The notes under the pieces were generated by a model. It ran no database searches, was not told where the DNA came from, and saw only the letters and a list, made by a program, of their open reading frames with translations. From the IMG/VR virus record IMGVR_UViG_3300020213_000001: 64,000 nucleotides of DNA, one strand, 5' to 3'. Source of the DNA: a virus. Below are positions 29,750-39,885 of the stretch, in pieces. Position 1 is the stretch's first letter, and every line of letters begins with the position of its first letter. The position numbers and the translations under genes were made by a program.

Positions 29750-30535
29750 ATGTCTGAAAAATTTTACACCGCTAAAGAGATGGCCGTTGCTGCTCTTAAA
29801 AAGTATCAAGAACTATGTGAAAACAAAGACTTAAGTAAGGCCAACACTTCTCACGAAATTGAAGGCGGCGAAGAGCCTAACATTGAAGATGCTGAGTGTC
29901 CTGAACAGCTAGCCGCTGAAGGTACCGTTGGCATCAGTTCCAAGCCCAAGAAGAAAAACCCTGACGGTAGTGATTCTGAAGAAGACGAGGTAAGCGAAGG
30001 CGAATCTCAAGCTATGGAAGAAAGTGCTAAGGAAGAAGTCGGCGAACACGAAGACGAAATGCACGAAGAAAAAGAAAAGTCTGAAGAGTCTGAAAAGTCT
30101 GAAGAGCCTAAGAAAGAAAATAAAAAGCCAGCCTTCATGAAAAGTGAAGCAGCAAGCGTCAAGCCACTTAAGAAGTTCATTGAAAAGATGGAAATGAAGA
30201 AAGCCATTGTTGACGAAGGTAAGAGCGACAGTGATAAGGTGAAATCACGTAGTGAAAGAGGGAACCATAGTATCTCCAAAAAGATTTATGGTCAAGATAT
30301 TGGAATAAATAAACCCATTTCAGAAAAGGGAGGGGTTTCTCACGTTGGGCATTCGCTAAAAGTTGGTAAAAAACTTTTACCAGGAAGCTCTAAAGACATT
30401 GAACACGACGCAAAAAAGTACCATAAAGGTGTTATTTCTGAACAAAAAGGAATGAAGAAACCCAGCCTTCCTAAGTCTGAAGAAATGAATAAGTCCAGTA
30501 AAGTTGAACAATTCCTTGGTGTTGAGAAAAAATAA
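29750..30535 (+). CDS. Acidic/basic putative internal head protein
   Basis: Shares EEPKKENKKPAFMK and KKPxLPKSEE with the 25765-27387 protein. Confidence 0.55.
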   Translation: MSEKFYTAKEMAVAALKKYQELCENKDLSKANTSHEIEGGEEPNIEDAECPEQLAAEGTVGISSKPKKKNPDGSDSEEDEVSEGESQAMEESAKEEVGEHEDEMHEEKEKSEESEKSEEPKKENKKPAFMKSEAASVKPLKKFIEKMEMKKAIVDEGKSDSDKVKSRSERGNHSISKKIYGQDIGINKPISEKGGVSHVGHSLKVGKKLLPGSSKDIEHDAKKYHKGVISEQKGMKKPSLPKSEEMNKSSKVEQFLGVEKK

Positions 30536-30783
30536 TGGCTAAAAGAGAAGAAAAAAACACATTGCTAGAAGCTAAAGAAATGCGCAGGCTTGCTCATGAA
30601 CAAAAGCAAGTCTCTGTTAAAGAAGACACTAGGGAAGAGTTTCGTAAGTTTTTTGTAAAACTAAAAACTAAGTACGAGTTAGACGGGAAACTTGAAAATG
30701 TAATGTGGCTTCATTTTAAAGCCGCTGGTTTTGACAAAAAAGAAAAATTCCAAGACGGTGTTTTTCATTTTGGTCTACGATAG
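30535..30783 (+). CDS. Hypothetical protein
   Basis: Coupled ORF upstream of the sheath gene. Confidence 0.55.
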   Translation: MAKREEKNTLLEAKEMRRLAHEQKQVSVKEDTREEFRKFFVKLKTKYELDGKLENVMWLHFKAAGFDKKEKFQDGVFHFGLR

Positions 30784-30806
30784 AAAAATTTAGATAGGAG
30801 ATATAT

Positions 30807-32960
30807 ATGGTACAAAGAGTAACTACTTCATTCGGGACTTTCACTAAACCTGGCTTTTATTACAAGCAAAGCGTAAAATCTAACCCAGTAGGGGTCGCAG
30901 TTAGCGGTAATATCGTTATTATCGGTGAATCTTCTGGTGGAGCAAAATACACTGAAGAAACCCTCAAGGACAACTCCTTCTCTCCAGACCAGTTGGACAG
31001 GGTTATTGATAAATACACCTCAGGCCCTATCGTAGATGCATTTAGAGCCCTATCAAACCCCTCTTCTGACGCCAACATTACAGGTTCAGCAAATAGGATC
31101 TTCATCGTTAAAACTAACGGTGGTACTCAGGCCACCCATACAATTGCTAACTCTTACGGCTCTCTTACAGATAAGAATTACGGTACTGACGGTAATAAAT
31201 ACTTTTACCAAGTAACCTCTGTTCAAGATGAAACCGGCGCAGCCCATGAGGGCAGTGTAATTCCAGGCTACGATGTTGCCTTGACTGGTGTTGAGTTTGC
31301 AGTTAGAGTACAGGGTGGAGCGTCAATTGCAATTAACGTCTTTACTGGCGCTTCAACTGATTACGACACCAGGAGCGAAGTTATCGCTCTTATTGATGCC
31401 GCATTGCCCGCTGGTCTTAGCTGCGTAGCTGGGACTGCCGCCAATACTATTCGCATCGAGTCAGACCTAGATAGTCTTGCTAATCGCAAGGGTTATTCTA
31501 AGGCTTTTGAGCTAATAGACAGTACTCTAGGCGACCTAGCCGCCCTTGGTTTTGATGCAGGTCTTTATACCTCCTCTGCCGAACCCAAGTCTCAGATTGA
31601 TATCAAGCGTAGTGATATCAATCTAAATGAGTCTTTCGTTTCTGAAGCCGCTGTTGCTTTCGGAATCGGTTACGAAGGAACTACTGCTGTAATGACCATT
31701 AGCGCCACTTCCTTGAGCACTACCGTAACTGGTGGCTCCGGTGCTAACCTTTCACTACAACTATCTAACTACCCTACTGTTAAAGACCTTTCAGACTTCA
31801 TCAATAGCCAGACTGGTTATTCTGCAGATGTGAATTCAAACAGCACTCAATCTTCTCCCTTTGATTTAGATCAAGTCATTGCTTTGGGTATTGCCAGCAC
31901 TGATTCTGACATTACACCTGGCAAAGTTAAGCGTTCATTGGCTAATTTTGAAACTGGCATGTTGAATGCTTCTAGGCTTGATTTTGAAGCTACAGCGACT
32001 GCCGGACTACCTGACGAAACAGCATCTGTTAACTATCTAGTCGGTGGACTAAGGGGCGCAACATTGGCCGCCGATGTTGTCGGTGCAGTAAATATCTGTG
32101 AAACCGTTGATATCAACTTTGTATTGCCACTGTTCTCAAGGAACGCATCTTCAGACATTACTGATGGTTTAACCGATTCTGGCTCTACTTATACTATTGC
32201 CGCAATAAACGCATTGGTTAAGAATCACTGTTTAAAGATGGTTGATCCACATATCAAGAAACCACGCCAAGGCGCTTGTTCCTTTTGGGGAACTTATTCT
32301 GAAGCTAAAGACGCAATGGCACAACTAGGTGGTGGATTGTTTACTCTATGTTTCCAAAAATCTTCACAAGTTGACGGTTTTGGAGCGATTGTTAGCTTTC
32401 AACCTTGGCACACTGCCTGTATTGCCGTTGGTATGCAGACTGCTGGTTTCTATAAGAACATTGTTAACAAATACGCCAACGTAATTTCCTTTGAAGACCC
32501 AAGCGGTTTTGATTCTGGAAGTCCTGGAGATGTTGACGATGCACTAACCGCTGGCGGGCTTTTCCTTGAAAAAGACACCTTTGGTAATAAGTGGGTAAGC
32601 GATCAAACTACCTACGGTTTTGACGAAAACTTCGTCTATAACTCACTACAGGCTGTTTATACATCAAACCTAGTAGCCCTGGACCTTAACGATAGCTTCC
32701 AGAGAGCGTTTATCGGTCAATCACTTGCCGATGTTGACGCTAGCACTGGTCTATCCTTCCTAGCCTCTAAAATGGATGTTTACAAGAAACAGAAATTGAT
32801 TGGCACATCTGACGATGCACCCGCTGGTTATAAGAATGCAAAGATCGAAATTCAAGGGCCTGCCATTTATGTTTACGTTGAATATAAACTAGCTACAGGG
32901 CTTTATTTCGGAATTCTTGATTTGAAAATTTCTCAAATCAGCTCTAGCGCATCACAATAA
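30807..32960 (+). CDS. Contractile tail sheath protein
   Basis: 717 aa; N-terminal KPGFY..IVIIGESSGG and C-terminal SDQTTY; followed by a tube-sized gene. Confidence 0.85.
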   Translation: MVQRVTTSFGTFTKPGFYYKQSVKSNPVGVAVSGNIVIIGESSGGAKYTEETLKDNSFSPDQLDRVIDKYTSGPIVDAFRALSNPSSDANITGSANRIFIVKTNGGTQATHTIANSYGSLTDKNYGTDGNKYFYQVTSVQDETGAAHEGSVIPGYDVALTGVEFAVRVQGGASIAINVFTGASTDYDTRSEVIALIDAALPAGLSCVAGTAANTIRIESDLDSLANRKGYSKAFELIDSTLGDLAALGFDAGLYTSSAEPKSQIDIKRSDINLNESFVSEAAVAFGIGYEGTTAVMTISATSLSTTVTGGSGANLSLQLSNYPTVKDLSDFINSQTGYSADVNSNSTQSSPFDLDQVIALGIASTDSDITPGKVKRSLANFETGMLNASRLDFEATATAGLPDETASVNYLVGGLRGATLAADVVGAVNICETVDINFVLPLFSRNASSDITDGLTDSGSTYTIAAINALVKNHCLKMVDPHIKKPRQGACSFWGTYSEAKDAMAQLGGGLFTLCFQKSSQVDGFGAIVSFQPWHTACIAVGMQTAGFYKNIVNKYANVISFEDPSGFDSGSPGDVDDALTAGGLFLEKDTFGNKWVSDQTTYGFDENFVYNSLQAVYTSNLVALDLNDSFQRAFIGQSLADVDASTGLSFLASKMDVYKKQKLIGTSDDAPAGYKNAKIEIQGPAIYVYVEYKLATGLYFGILDLKISQISSSASQ

Positions 32961-32979
32961 TAAGTAATTAGGAGTTTAT

Positions 32980-33441
32980 ATGGCTAAGTCAAAAGTTTTT
33001 AATGGTGCTCGGGCCCTTGTATATGTAGACAACGTACTCGTGGGTTTGTTTGATTCATGTAATTATTCGGTAAATATCGGTGCAGAGGCTATCCACACCC
33101 TAGGTCGATTTGGGCCCCAAGAAATTACCCCCACTTCTTATGAAGCTGTGACAGTTAATTGCTCAGGATTTAGGATCATTGGAAACGGTGGACACATTCT
33201 ACCAAAATTCCCCAAGCTTCAAGATCTTTTGAATCTAGAGTCAATCACCCTAGCTATGACCGATAGGCAATCTCCTGCCGGTTCTGCTCCAGTTATGACT
33301 GTGGAAAACTGTATCCCTATCAGCTACGGGACAGGCGCTCAGGGTAAGGCTACCGGCCGTATCTCTGTAACTTACATGGGAACTAACGCTACAGATGAGT
33401 CTGGACCTCAGTCTGAAGGTGGAGCTGCCACTCTTCCTTAA
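32980..33441 (+). CDS. Tail tube protein
   Basis: 153 aa directly after the sheath gene; IHTLGRFGPQEI. Confidence 0.75.
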   Translation: MAKSKVFNGARALVYVDNVLVGLFDSCNYSVNIGAEAIHTLGRFGPQEITPTSYEAVTVNCSGFRIIGNGGHILPKFPKLQDLLNLESITLAMTDRQSPAGSAPVMTVENCIPISYGTGAQGKATGRISVTYMGTNATDESGPQSEGGAATLP

Positions 33442-33462
33442 GCCATATATCACGGTAGTGTT

Positions 33463-33846
33463 ATGAAAAATGAACAAATATTTGATCTACTTAAGGAAGT
33501 TAGAGAAGATCAAAAAGAGCTTAGAAATTCATTATCAGAACACCACGCCACATCTGTTGGTAACTCTAAAGAGTTGGGCTATTTTAAAGAAAACCTCAAC
33601 AAAAACAACCTGTTACTAGAACGCCTCACTAAAACCGTTGAATTACATGAGATGCGCTCTACTAGCTTAGAAAAAATCGTAAATGGCTCCAAAAGCAACA
33701 TCGGTCACTCTGATAGAATATCAGCCCTAGAAGTACCTGTTAAAGCCAAGGACTACTGGCTTAAATCATCTGTAAAATGGTCAGCACTAATAGCCAGTAT
33801 TATCGGTATCTTAGCTACAATAGCTAAGGTGTTGGGGCTAATCTAA
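33463..33846 (+). CDS. Coiled-coil protein with C-terminal transmembrane helix (holin/haemolysin-like)
   Basis: C-terminal WSALIASIIGILATIAKVLGLI. Confidence 0.45.
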   Translation: MKNEQIFDLLKEVREDQKELRNSLSEHHATSVGNSKELGYFKENLNKNNLLLERLTKTVELHEMRSTSLEKIVNGSKSNIGHSDRISALEVPVKAKDYWLKSSVKWSALIASIIGILATIAKVLGLI

Positions 33847-33905
33847 CAATCCCTTAAATTACAATCTTTTACTTGGGACACTAAGGGTAGTGTTACAGGG
33901 GTTTT

Positions 33906-34874
33906 ATGGCTATAGAGCGCAGTTGGAATGCAGTTCCAACACGTTTATTTATTCAAAATGGTGGAGCAGACGGATCTATTATCCTATCTACTGCTTCTGG
34001 ATTTAGAGTAAAGCAATACGTAAAAATAGAAAGCTCTTTAGTTTCTTCTGTAATACTAGAAGTCAAAAAAGTCATATCTGAAACTACAATCCTTGTAGGT
34101 CCTAGAGATAAAAACATAAACTCTCGAATAGACTTAAGTAATTTTTTAATTACCGATTCTGCCACTATTTCTGCAGAAGAGCAGAGAAAAGTGGTAGTAC
34201 CTAAGGATGACCAGGGGTTTTACACTTATGAGCAGGAGCCTGTAGTAGCCAGGCGAGTTATAAGTGTAGACGAATTTGGTAACTTTTACAGCACAGAAAA
34301 CCCACTATCTGTTAGGTTATCCGACGGATCTATCAGTATTGGGACGGTAAACGCAGAACTTGAAGTTCAATTGTCTCATCAAAACAATGTCCCCAACGCT
34401 GGAGATGTTGCAGATAGTGTCAGGATAGGTAATGGAACAAACGAATTAGCAATAAACCCAGACGGATCTATAAACGTTGGTGTTGTGCTGTTTCCAGCAG
34501 GGGCGGCTACTGAAGCAAAACAAGATACACAAATTGTTGCTTTAAATTCTATAGATACTAAATTAGATAATTTGGCAATAGAGGCCATGACAGAGGCTAC
34601 AAATCCTGACAATATAATGACCGTTGGAACACTAAACGGGCAAAAAGATTCAACAAAATACGGTTTTGTTAATAACATTAAAAATCAAATATTAGCCTCA
34701 CACGATAGGGTGCAAGCTGTTACTTATGTTGATTTTGGAAATAAAAATGAAAGAATTACAAAAATAGAATATAGCAGCCCGACATTTCCGGGAACTATAG
34801 CCTCTAAAAACATTGCTTATAGCTTAATTAGTAATAAATACAGAAGAGACTCAATAACTTGGGTTATCGTTTAA
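33906..34874 (+). CDS. Putative tail/fibre-associated structural protein
   Basis: DSVRIGNGTNELAINPDGSINV and AATEAKQD fibre-type segments. Confidence 0.5.
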   Translation: MAIERSWNAVPTRLFIQNGGADGSIILSTASGFRVKQYVKIESSLVSSVILEVKKVISETTILVGPRDKNINSRIDLSNFLITDSATISAEEQRKVVVPKDDQGFYTYEQEPVVARRVISVDEFGNFYSTENPLSVRLSDGSISIGTVNAELEVQLSHQNNVPNAGDVADSVRIGNGTNELAINPDGSINVGVVLFPAGAATEAKQDTQIVALNSIDTKLDNLAIEAMTEATNPDNIMTVGTLNGQKDSTKYGFVNNIKNQILASHDRVQAVTYVDFGNKNERITKIEYSSPTFPGTIASKNIAYSLISNKYRRDSITWVIV

Positions 34875-34884
34875 GGAGTATCAG

Positions 34885-36966
34885 ATGGGATATAAAAATT
34901 TAAATTTACTAGAAAGTGTCGTGACCACTTATGATCAAACAAAAACTACAGTTTTTGGAAGGGTTTCTGAGAGAACAGTGTTTGGAAGTCCGTCGCTAGG
35001 CCCCTCTGTTCCACATTTTGCAGATGTACTTGTGGAGTCTTCTGTTATTCCTTCTGGAGTAACCTTCCCATCTACCGTAGAAACAGGGGATATTGTTAGG
35101 GTATTTGCTATGGGAACCCCAATAGCCGGTTCAGTAGCTTTAATTCTATATAACAATAACATTAAATTGGGAACTCTTACTTATGTCGGAAAGTTGATCA
35201 TTTCCTCTCCAGATATTACTACAACCACTTCTTTTCGTGGACTAGAGGTATTGGATACTGGTACCACTGGTTGGAAAGTATTTTTTAGCTATACCAATGC
35301 AGTGCTTATTAACGGTGGGATTAGTCTTCTAAACAAAATTGATTTAGCCGACTTTACTCCGTTAGGAGCTGTTTCAATTGCGCCAGCCACCGGTGATGAC
35401 CAAAAAGCTAAATATTTTCTGCAAGATCCGGCTAATATTGGAGTAGGTCAATTAAACATAGCCTCTGTGGGTATGCTTTTAGATCAAGCCAATAATAAAG
35501 CCTATGTACATAACGGCACAGCAGCCACACATCAATACTATGTCTATGATACGTCAATAGCGCCTACTTTTACAGAATCTGCAATTACAGGCACAAACGC
35601 CGCGCCAGGAGTATTCACACTAACAGCCCACGGTTTTTTAAATAGCGATCCAATCTTATTTAAAACTACCGGATCTTATACGGGATTGATCACCAACACT
35701 GTTTACTTTGCAAGAAATATTACATCAAATACTTTTGAAATGTCCACTACCTCCGTCGGTGCTTCCATAAGCACGGTTGGTTCGCAAGCTGGAGTACACG
35801 TAATTGGCAGGGCATTTGGTACTACTGGGGGCAATTTTGTTACAAAAACTGGTAACTTGACCCCACTAGTCGGTGTACTACTGGCCAATAACGGTGAAAA
35901 CTACGCAAATCCTCAGCACGTATCTTATGGTGCCCTGGTAGGCAATGGTTGTGCGGCTTTTGGTACTACCACTAACCTATACATGGGTAAACTTAGTGAT
36001 TTAACAAGTGCCGCAACATCGTGGACTTCACTAACTACTTCAAATGTTTTAGGTAGTTTGAACGAGGTAACACTACCTACTGTTACATTTTGTCAATTTT
36101 CCAACACTTTGGATTTGTTTGTTCTTATATCAAACATATCTTTATATTACGGTAAGAGGCTGGTAAACAATGAATACCAGTTTAAAGGTGGGAGAACAAA
36201 TAATTCTTATTATGAGGCTATGTCAAATACCTTTGGATCGGTTAGATTTGGGCTAACAACTGTATCTGGTTTTAATATTGGTAGCGGGATTGCCATTATG
36301 GTGGGAACTACCATTGGTCAAAGAGGGTTTGTTTCTTTAGACATGTCAATTGATGAAAGAGTTGGTAGAGATAGTGTCATCACTAAAGTAATGGACACAC
36401 CAAACAGTATACTAAAGGCAGTTTCTGTTATTGATAAACTAGGAGCCCTTACAGATACATATTCTATTTATTATAGAACCAGTGGCTTTGGTTCCGCAAC
36501 CGGTGGTTGGGTACTTTGTGATAAAACTGAATTGAGTTCGTTAGTTATCCCTACACAAATACAACTAAAAATTACCTGGAACATACTTAAGGTTACATCT
36601 CAAACAGCATCTCAAATATCTGATATTGTTATTGTTACAGAATCTAACGACGACATCTCAGACAACTGGGAATACTCACATGATAGCTCAAGCAGTCTTT
36701 CCCCAACTAGAGTAGCATTTAGACTAAAGTTTGCATATGGCAGCTCAATTCCAAGCACCCTTCGTTTTAGATCTTACGACTTAGATGGAAATCTATTGCT
36801 TAATCAAACCATTACAAGCAATCCCGCCAATTTCCAGTACTCCGATGATGAAGGAGCTACTTGGCTATCTCTTGGGACTATTCCAAACGTAGTCGGCACG
36901 CTAGTTCGTTACACGTTTACATCACCTCCGGGAGTAGACATTAGACCAGCCTTGAGAGATAGTTAA
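34885..36966 (+). CDS. Putative tail fibre/receptor-binding structural protein
   Basis: 693 aa, T/G/S-rich; YSDDEGATW (BNR/Asp-box-like) motif. Confidence 0.5.
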   Translation: MGYKNLNLLESVVTTYDQTKTTVFGRVSERTVFGSPSLGPSVPHFADVLVESSVIPSGVTFPSTVETGDIVRVFAMGTPIAGSVALILYNNNIKLGTLTYVGKLIISSPDITTTTSFRGLEVLDTGTTGWKVFFSYTNAVLINGGISLLNKIDLADFTPLGAVSIAPATGDDQKAKYFLQDPANIGVGQLNIASVGMLLDQANNKAYVHNGTAATHQYYVYDTSIAPTFTESAITGTNAAPGVFTLTAHGFLNSDPILFKTTGSYTGLITNTVYFARNITSNTFEMSTTSVGASISTVGSQAGVHVIGRAFGTTGGNFVTKTGNLTPLVGVLLANNGENYANPQHVSYGALVGNGCAAFGTTTNLYMGKLSDLTSAATSWTSLTTSNVLGSLNEVTLPTVTFCQFSNTLDLFVLISNISLYYGKRLVNNEYQFKGGRTNNSYYEAMSNTFGSVRFGLTTVSGFNIGSGIAIMVGTTIGQRGFVSLDMSIDERVGRDSVITKVMDTPNSILKAVSVIDKLGALTDTYSIYYRTSGFGSATGGWVLCDKTELSSLVIPTQIQLKITWNILKVTSQTASQISDIVIVTESNDDISDNWEYSHDSSSSLSPTRVAFRLKFAYGSSIPSTLRFRSYDLDGNLLLNQTITSNPANFQYSDDEGATWLSLGTIPNVVGTLVRYTFTSPPGVDIRPALRDS

Positions 36967-36967
36967 T

Positions 36968-38068
36968 ATGCCAAATATATTTGCGTATGGAAGTGCCTAC
37001 CAGGGCACTTCCTCTCCAGTAGACAATCCATTAATATACCCTATATCCAGGGCGTATCAAGGTACATCTCAAGCATGTATTGTGGATCTAACTCTTCCAA
37101 TTTTTTCTGGAATAGTATCTCTTTCGTTACAACCACTAGGGCAAATAAGGGCAACATGGGGTACAGCGACAGACGCCTCTGCTCCTATAAGGTACGAAGT
37201 ATACATAAAGGCAGGAGATTCTATTAATCTTTTTTATCAGTCTAACATCGTTGTTATTACGGATAAATTACAGTTTGATATTTTTACTCTTCCTAACAGC
37301 GTGCTGCTTAGCTCAGGTGTAGTCTATTACATAGGCGTTAAAGCTGTTGACGCTGTAGGCAATAGAGATAATAACCTAGCATTCCTGGATATAGAATCTT
37401 CTGGCATATCATCTTCTGGATCATTGGGGTATGAAGTTGGAGGAATATTCACGATAGACGAGAACGAAAATTTTATAGGTAGCGTTTGGGCGTCAATAAA
37501 CAATGACATAATTACAGATGTTTTTAGATTAGGGACAGCCTCCTATGTTATCTACGATAAAAATTCAGACTTAGTAGCTGGAATGTCTGAAAGTGGCATA
37601 GCCCCTGACGCAAACGGGCAATTTTCCATAACACCTATCGCGTCTCTTTTAGATTTAACAGATAATTTTTACACAATAAAGGTAAGTATTATTGCTGATT
37701 CTTCTATGAGACATAATTACCTACCTATTTCGGGAATTTCTGAAAAATTAGGAGCCATTAATTACGAACCACGGGCTATCTTTTCTATAAATGCGTCTAA
37801 CCAGCTTCAGTGCTCTTTGTGGATGGCAAAAGATGGGCAGCAAATAAACTCCGGTCTTGGAACAGCATCCTTTACAATTTATGATAAAGATGGTGTGACG
37901 ACCGGAATTTCTCAAAGTGGTCTTGTTTCAGACGCAAATGGTGTTTTTAAAATGACTCCAGTTTCAGCTTCTTCTATTCTAGACTTAACTCATTACGTCG
38001 TTTTATTCACAGTTGATGTCGATTCGCAACCTAAAAAAGGGGCCGTAGGCATTACGGTAGCAGAATAA
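36968..38068 (+). CDS. FN3/Ig-like domain structural protein
   Basis: ATWGTATD..YEVY..YYIGVKAVDAVGN; two internally repeated C-terminal domains (LGTAS..IYDK...DANG). Confidence 0.6.
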   Translation: MPNIFAYGSAYQGTSSPVDNPLIYPISRAYQGTSQACIVDLTLPIFSGIVSLSLQPLGQIRATWGTATDASAPIRYEVYIKAGDSINLFYQSNIVVITDKLQFDIFTLPNSVLLSSGVVYYIGVKAVDAVGNRDNNLAFLDIESSGISSSGSLGYEVGGIFTIDENENFIGSVWASINNDIITDVFRLGTASYVIYDKNSDLVAGMSESGIAPDANGQFSITPIASLLDLTDNFYTIKVSIIADSSMRHNYLPISGISEKLGAINYEPRAIFSINASNQLQCSLWMAKDGQQINSGLGTASFTIYDKDGVTTGISQSGLVSDANGVFKMTPVSASSILDLTHYVVLFTVDVDSQPKKGAVGITVAE

Positions 38069-38613
38069 TGGCTTCAAGAAGGGTTAAATCTACAGTCAAT
38101 AACAACTATGTACAGCCATTAAAACTATGTTTTAAAAATAAGACTGTAGTCACTCCTTCTTGTAATTACAATTCTTTAATGACAAAGACCACACATAGGG
38201 GTTGTAATGAAAGTGATTATAAAATAAAAAGTTGGATGAAGTTCAATTCTGAAACTTTTGACGGAATACAGGTTATAGCCGGTCTATATAAGAACAATAA
38301 AACAAAAACGATAGGGACCTGTGATTTTAAGGTTTATTCCATAAGCATCGATGACAACTGGACAGAAACACTTCTTTTTTCTGGCAGCGGAACACCTCTG
38401 CCTAACGGTAGTTTTTCACTTGTAATTCCTGAAAACTCCATGTCTCCCTCCGATATTACTGGTGAAGTTTCTTTCAAATTAGAAGTAAGAATTGAAAGAG
38501 TTAATAAAAAATATGATGATTTTTACTATTTCAACCATATTGGGCTATACGGAAGTTTTATCAGACTTAAAAAAGAAGTGGAATTTTTAGATTTAACTAA
38601 GTTAGACGAATAA
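38068..38613 (+). CDS. Hypothetical structural-region protein
   Basis: Coupled ORF. Confidence 0.5.
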   Translation: MASRRVKSTVNNNYVQPLKLCFKNKTVVTPSCNYNSLMTKTTHRGCNESDYKIKSWMKFNSETFDGIQVIAGLYKNNKTKTIGTCDFKVYSISIDDNWTETLLFSGSGTPLPNGSFSLVIPENSMSPSDITGEVSFKLEVRIERVNKKYDDFYYFNHIGLYGSFIRLKKEVEFLDLTKLDE

Positions 38614-38623
38614 AGGGTAATTT

Positions 38624-39079
38624 ATGAAAAAATATGCACTTATACAAAATTATAAAGTAGTTGTGATTAAGGAAATTGAAGATGAAGATTTTCAAGGAAT
38701 TTCTAAGAATTACGAATCAATCGTAGACGTAACTGATTTTATCATCACACCTCAAGTTGGATGGCTCCTGGATGGAAACAAGGTAGTTCCAGACGCCCAA
38801 CACGCGATTACAATTAAACAGATGATAGTAGCAAAAATATTGTCGTACCAAAAGGTGTCCGCTGATCTTTTGACAGAGCTATATGCGGACAATACTTTAA
38901 CTGGAATGACGGTTTCCCAATCAAACGCTATGTTTGAAGAATATTCTGACGTTATTATTAGACTTTCCCAGGGAGCATTTCCAACGGCAATTTACAGCCT
39001 TCAACAAAAAACACCATCGGGTATTGTAACTCAAGAAAACATTGACAACTGGATAGCCAAAATTCAAATTCACCTATAG
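38624..39079 (+). CDS. Putative tail fibre assembly-type protein
   Basis: MKKYALI...PQVGW pattern; follows the fibre genes. Confidence 0.4.
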   Translation: MKKYALIQNYKVVVIKEIEDEDFQGISKNYESIVDVTDFIITPQVGWLLDGNKVVPDAQHAITIKQMIVAKILSYQKVSADLLTELYADNTLTGMTVSQSNAMFEEYSDVIIRLSQGAFPTAIYSLQQKTPSGIVTQENIDNWIAKIQIHL

Positions 39080-39092
39080 GTAATTAAAAACC

Positions 39093-39578
39093 ATGAAAAA
39101 AATAACAGTAGGGTTTTCCAAACCAAGCTCAAAATTTAAAATAGGTAGTCTTGCAATCAGATATTACATGGGTACCGAATACAGCCATGTTTATATTAAG
39201 TTTGAGGGTAAAGAAAGAGAGCTAATCTATGAATCGGTGGGTAGATCGGGTACCAGATTCATGGGGGCTAAGCTTTGGAGCGCGCACGCCGTAACAGTAA
39301 AATCCTTTAGTATTGAAGTAGAAGATTCTCAACACAGGGCTTTGATTAATTATTGCATAGATAGCGCGGGGCTAGAATACGGTTTTTGGCAAAATATAGG
39401 GCTAGTGATTGCAGATAGGTTTAAACTCAAAAATAACCCCTTTAAGAGCGGTAAAAACTGTTCAGAGGCAGTTGGAGAAGTTCTTGAATCTATTGGTTAT
39501 GTTTTTGATAAAGATTTTAATTTGCTGACGCCTAAGGATATTTTTTTAAAACTTAATAACGGGTTACAAAATGAATGA
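39093..39578 (+). CDS. Permuted papain-like (YaeF/YiiX-type NlpC/P60) enzyme
   Basis: N-terminal YSHV, C-terminal NCSE, terminal TPKD. Confidence 0.7.
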   Translation: MKKITVGFSKPSSKFKIGSLAIRYYMGTEYSHVYIKFEGKERELIYESVGRSGTRFMGAKLWSAHAVTVKSFSIEVEDSQHRALINYCIDSAGLEYGFWQNIGLVIADRFKLKNNPFKSGKNCSEAVGEVLESIGYVFDKDFNLLTPKDIFLKLNNGLQNE

Positions 39579-39867
39579 TTTATACGAAAAAATCCAGAAA
39601 AAAATGAAAGAGTGGCAGATAAGCGGTGTCCCTGTTTTTATGATAAGAGACGAGAGCAAGGGCGGGCCCAGTGTTAGTTTAACGATGATGCTTATATCGT
39701 TTACCCTATGTCTACTTGCTTTGATTAATAAATTTGCAAAGATTGTAGATGGCATGGACGTAGATAACACTCTGCAATTGTTTATGTTAACCGCAGGTCT
39801 GTATTTTTCTAGATCGATCGGGTTGGGCGGTAAAAAAGTAACTATCTCTAAAGAAGAAAAAGAATAG
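39571..39867 (+). CDS. Small two-TM membrane protein (holin candidate)
   Basis: Two hydrophobic helices and a charged C-terminal tail. Confidence 0.45.
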   Translation: MNDLYEKIQKKMKEWQISGVPVFMIRDESKGGPSVSLTMMLISFTLCLLALINKFAKIVDGMDVDNTLQLFMLTAGLYFSRSIGLGGKKVTISKEEKE

Positions 39868-39885
39868 CCATCCTTGGCCCAATTA

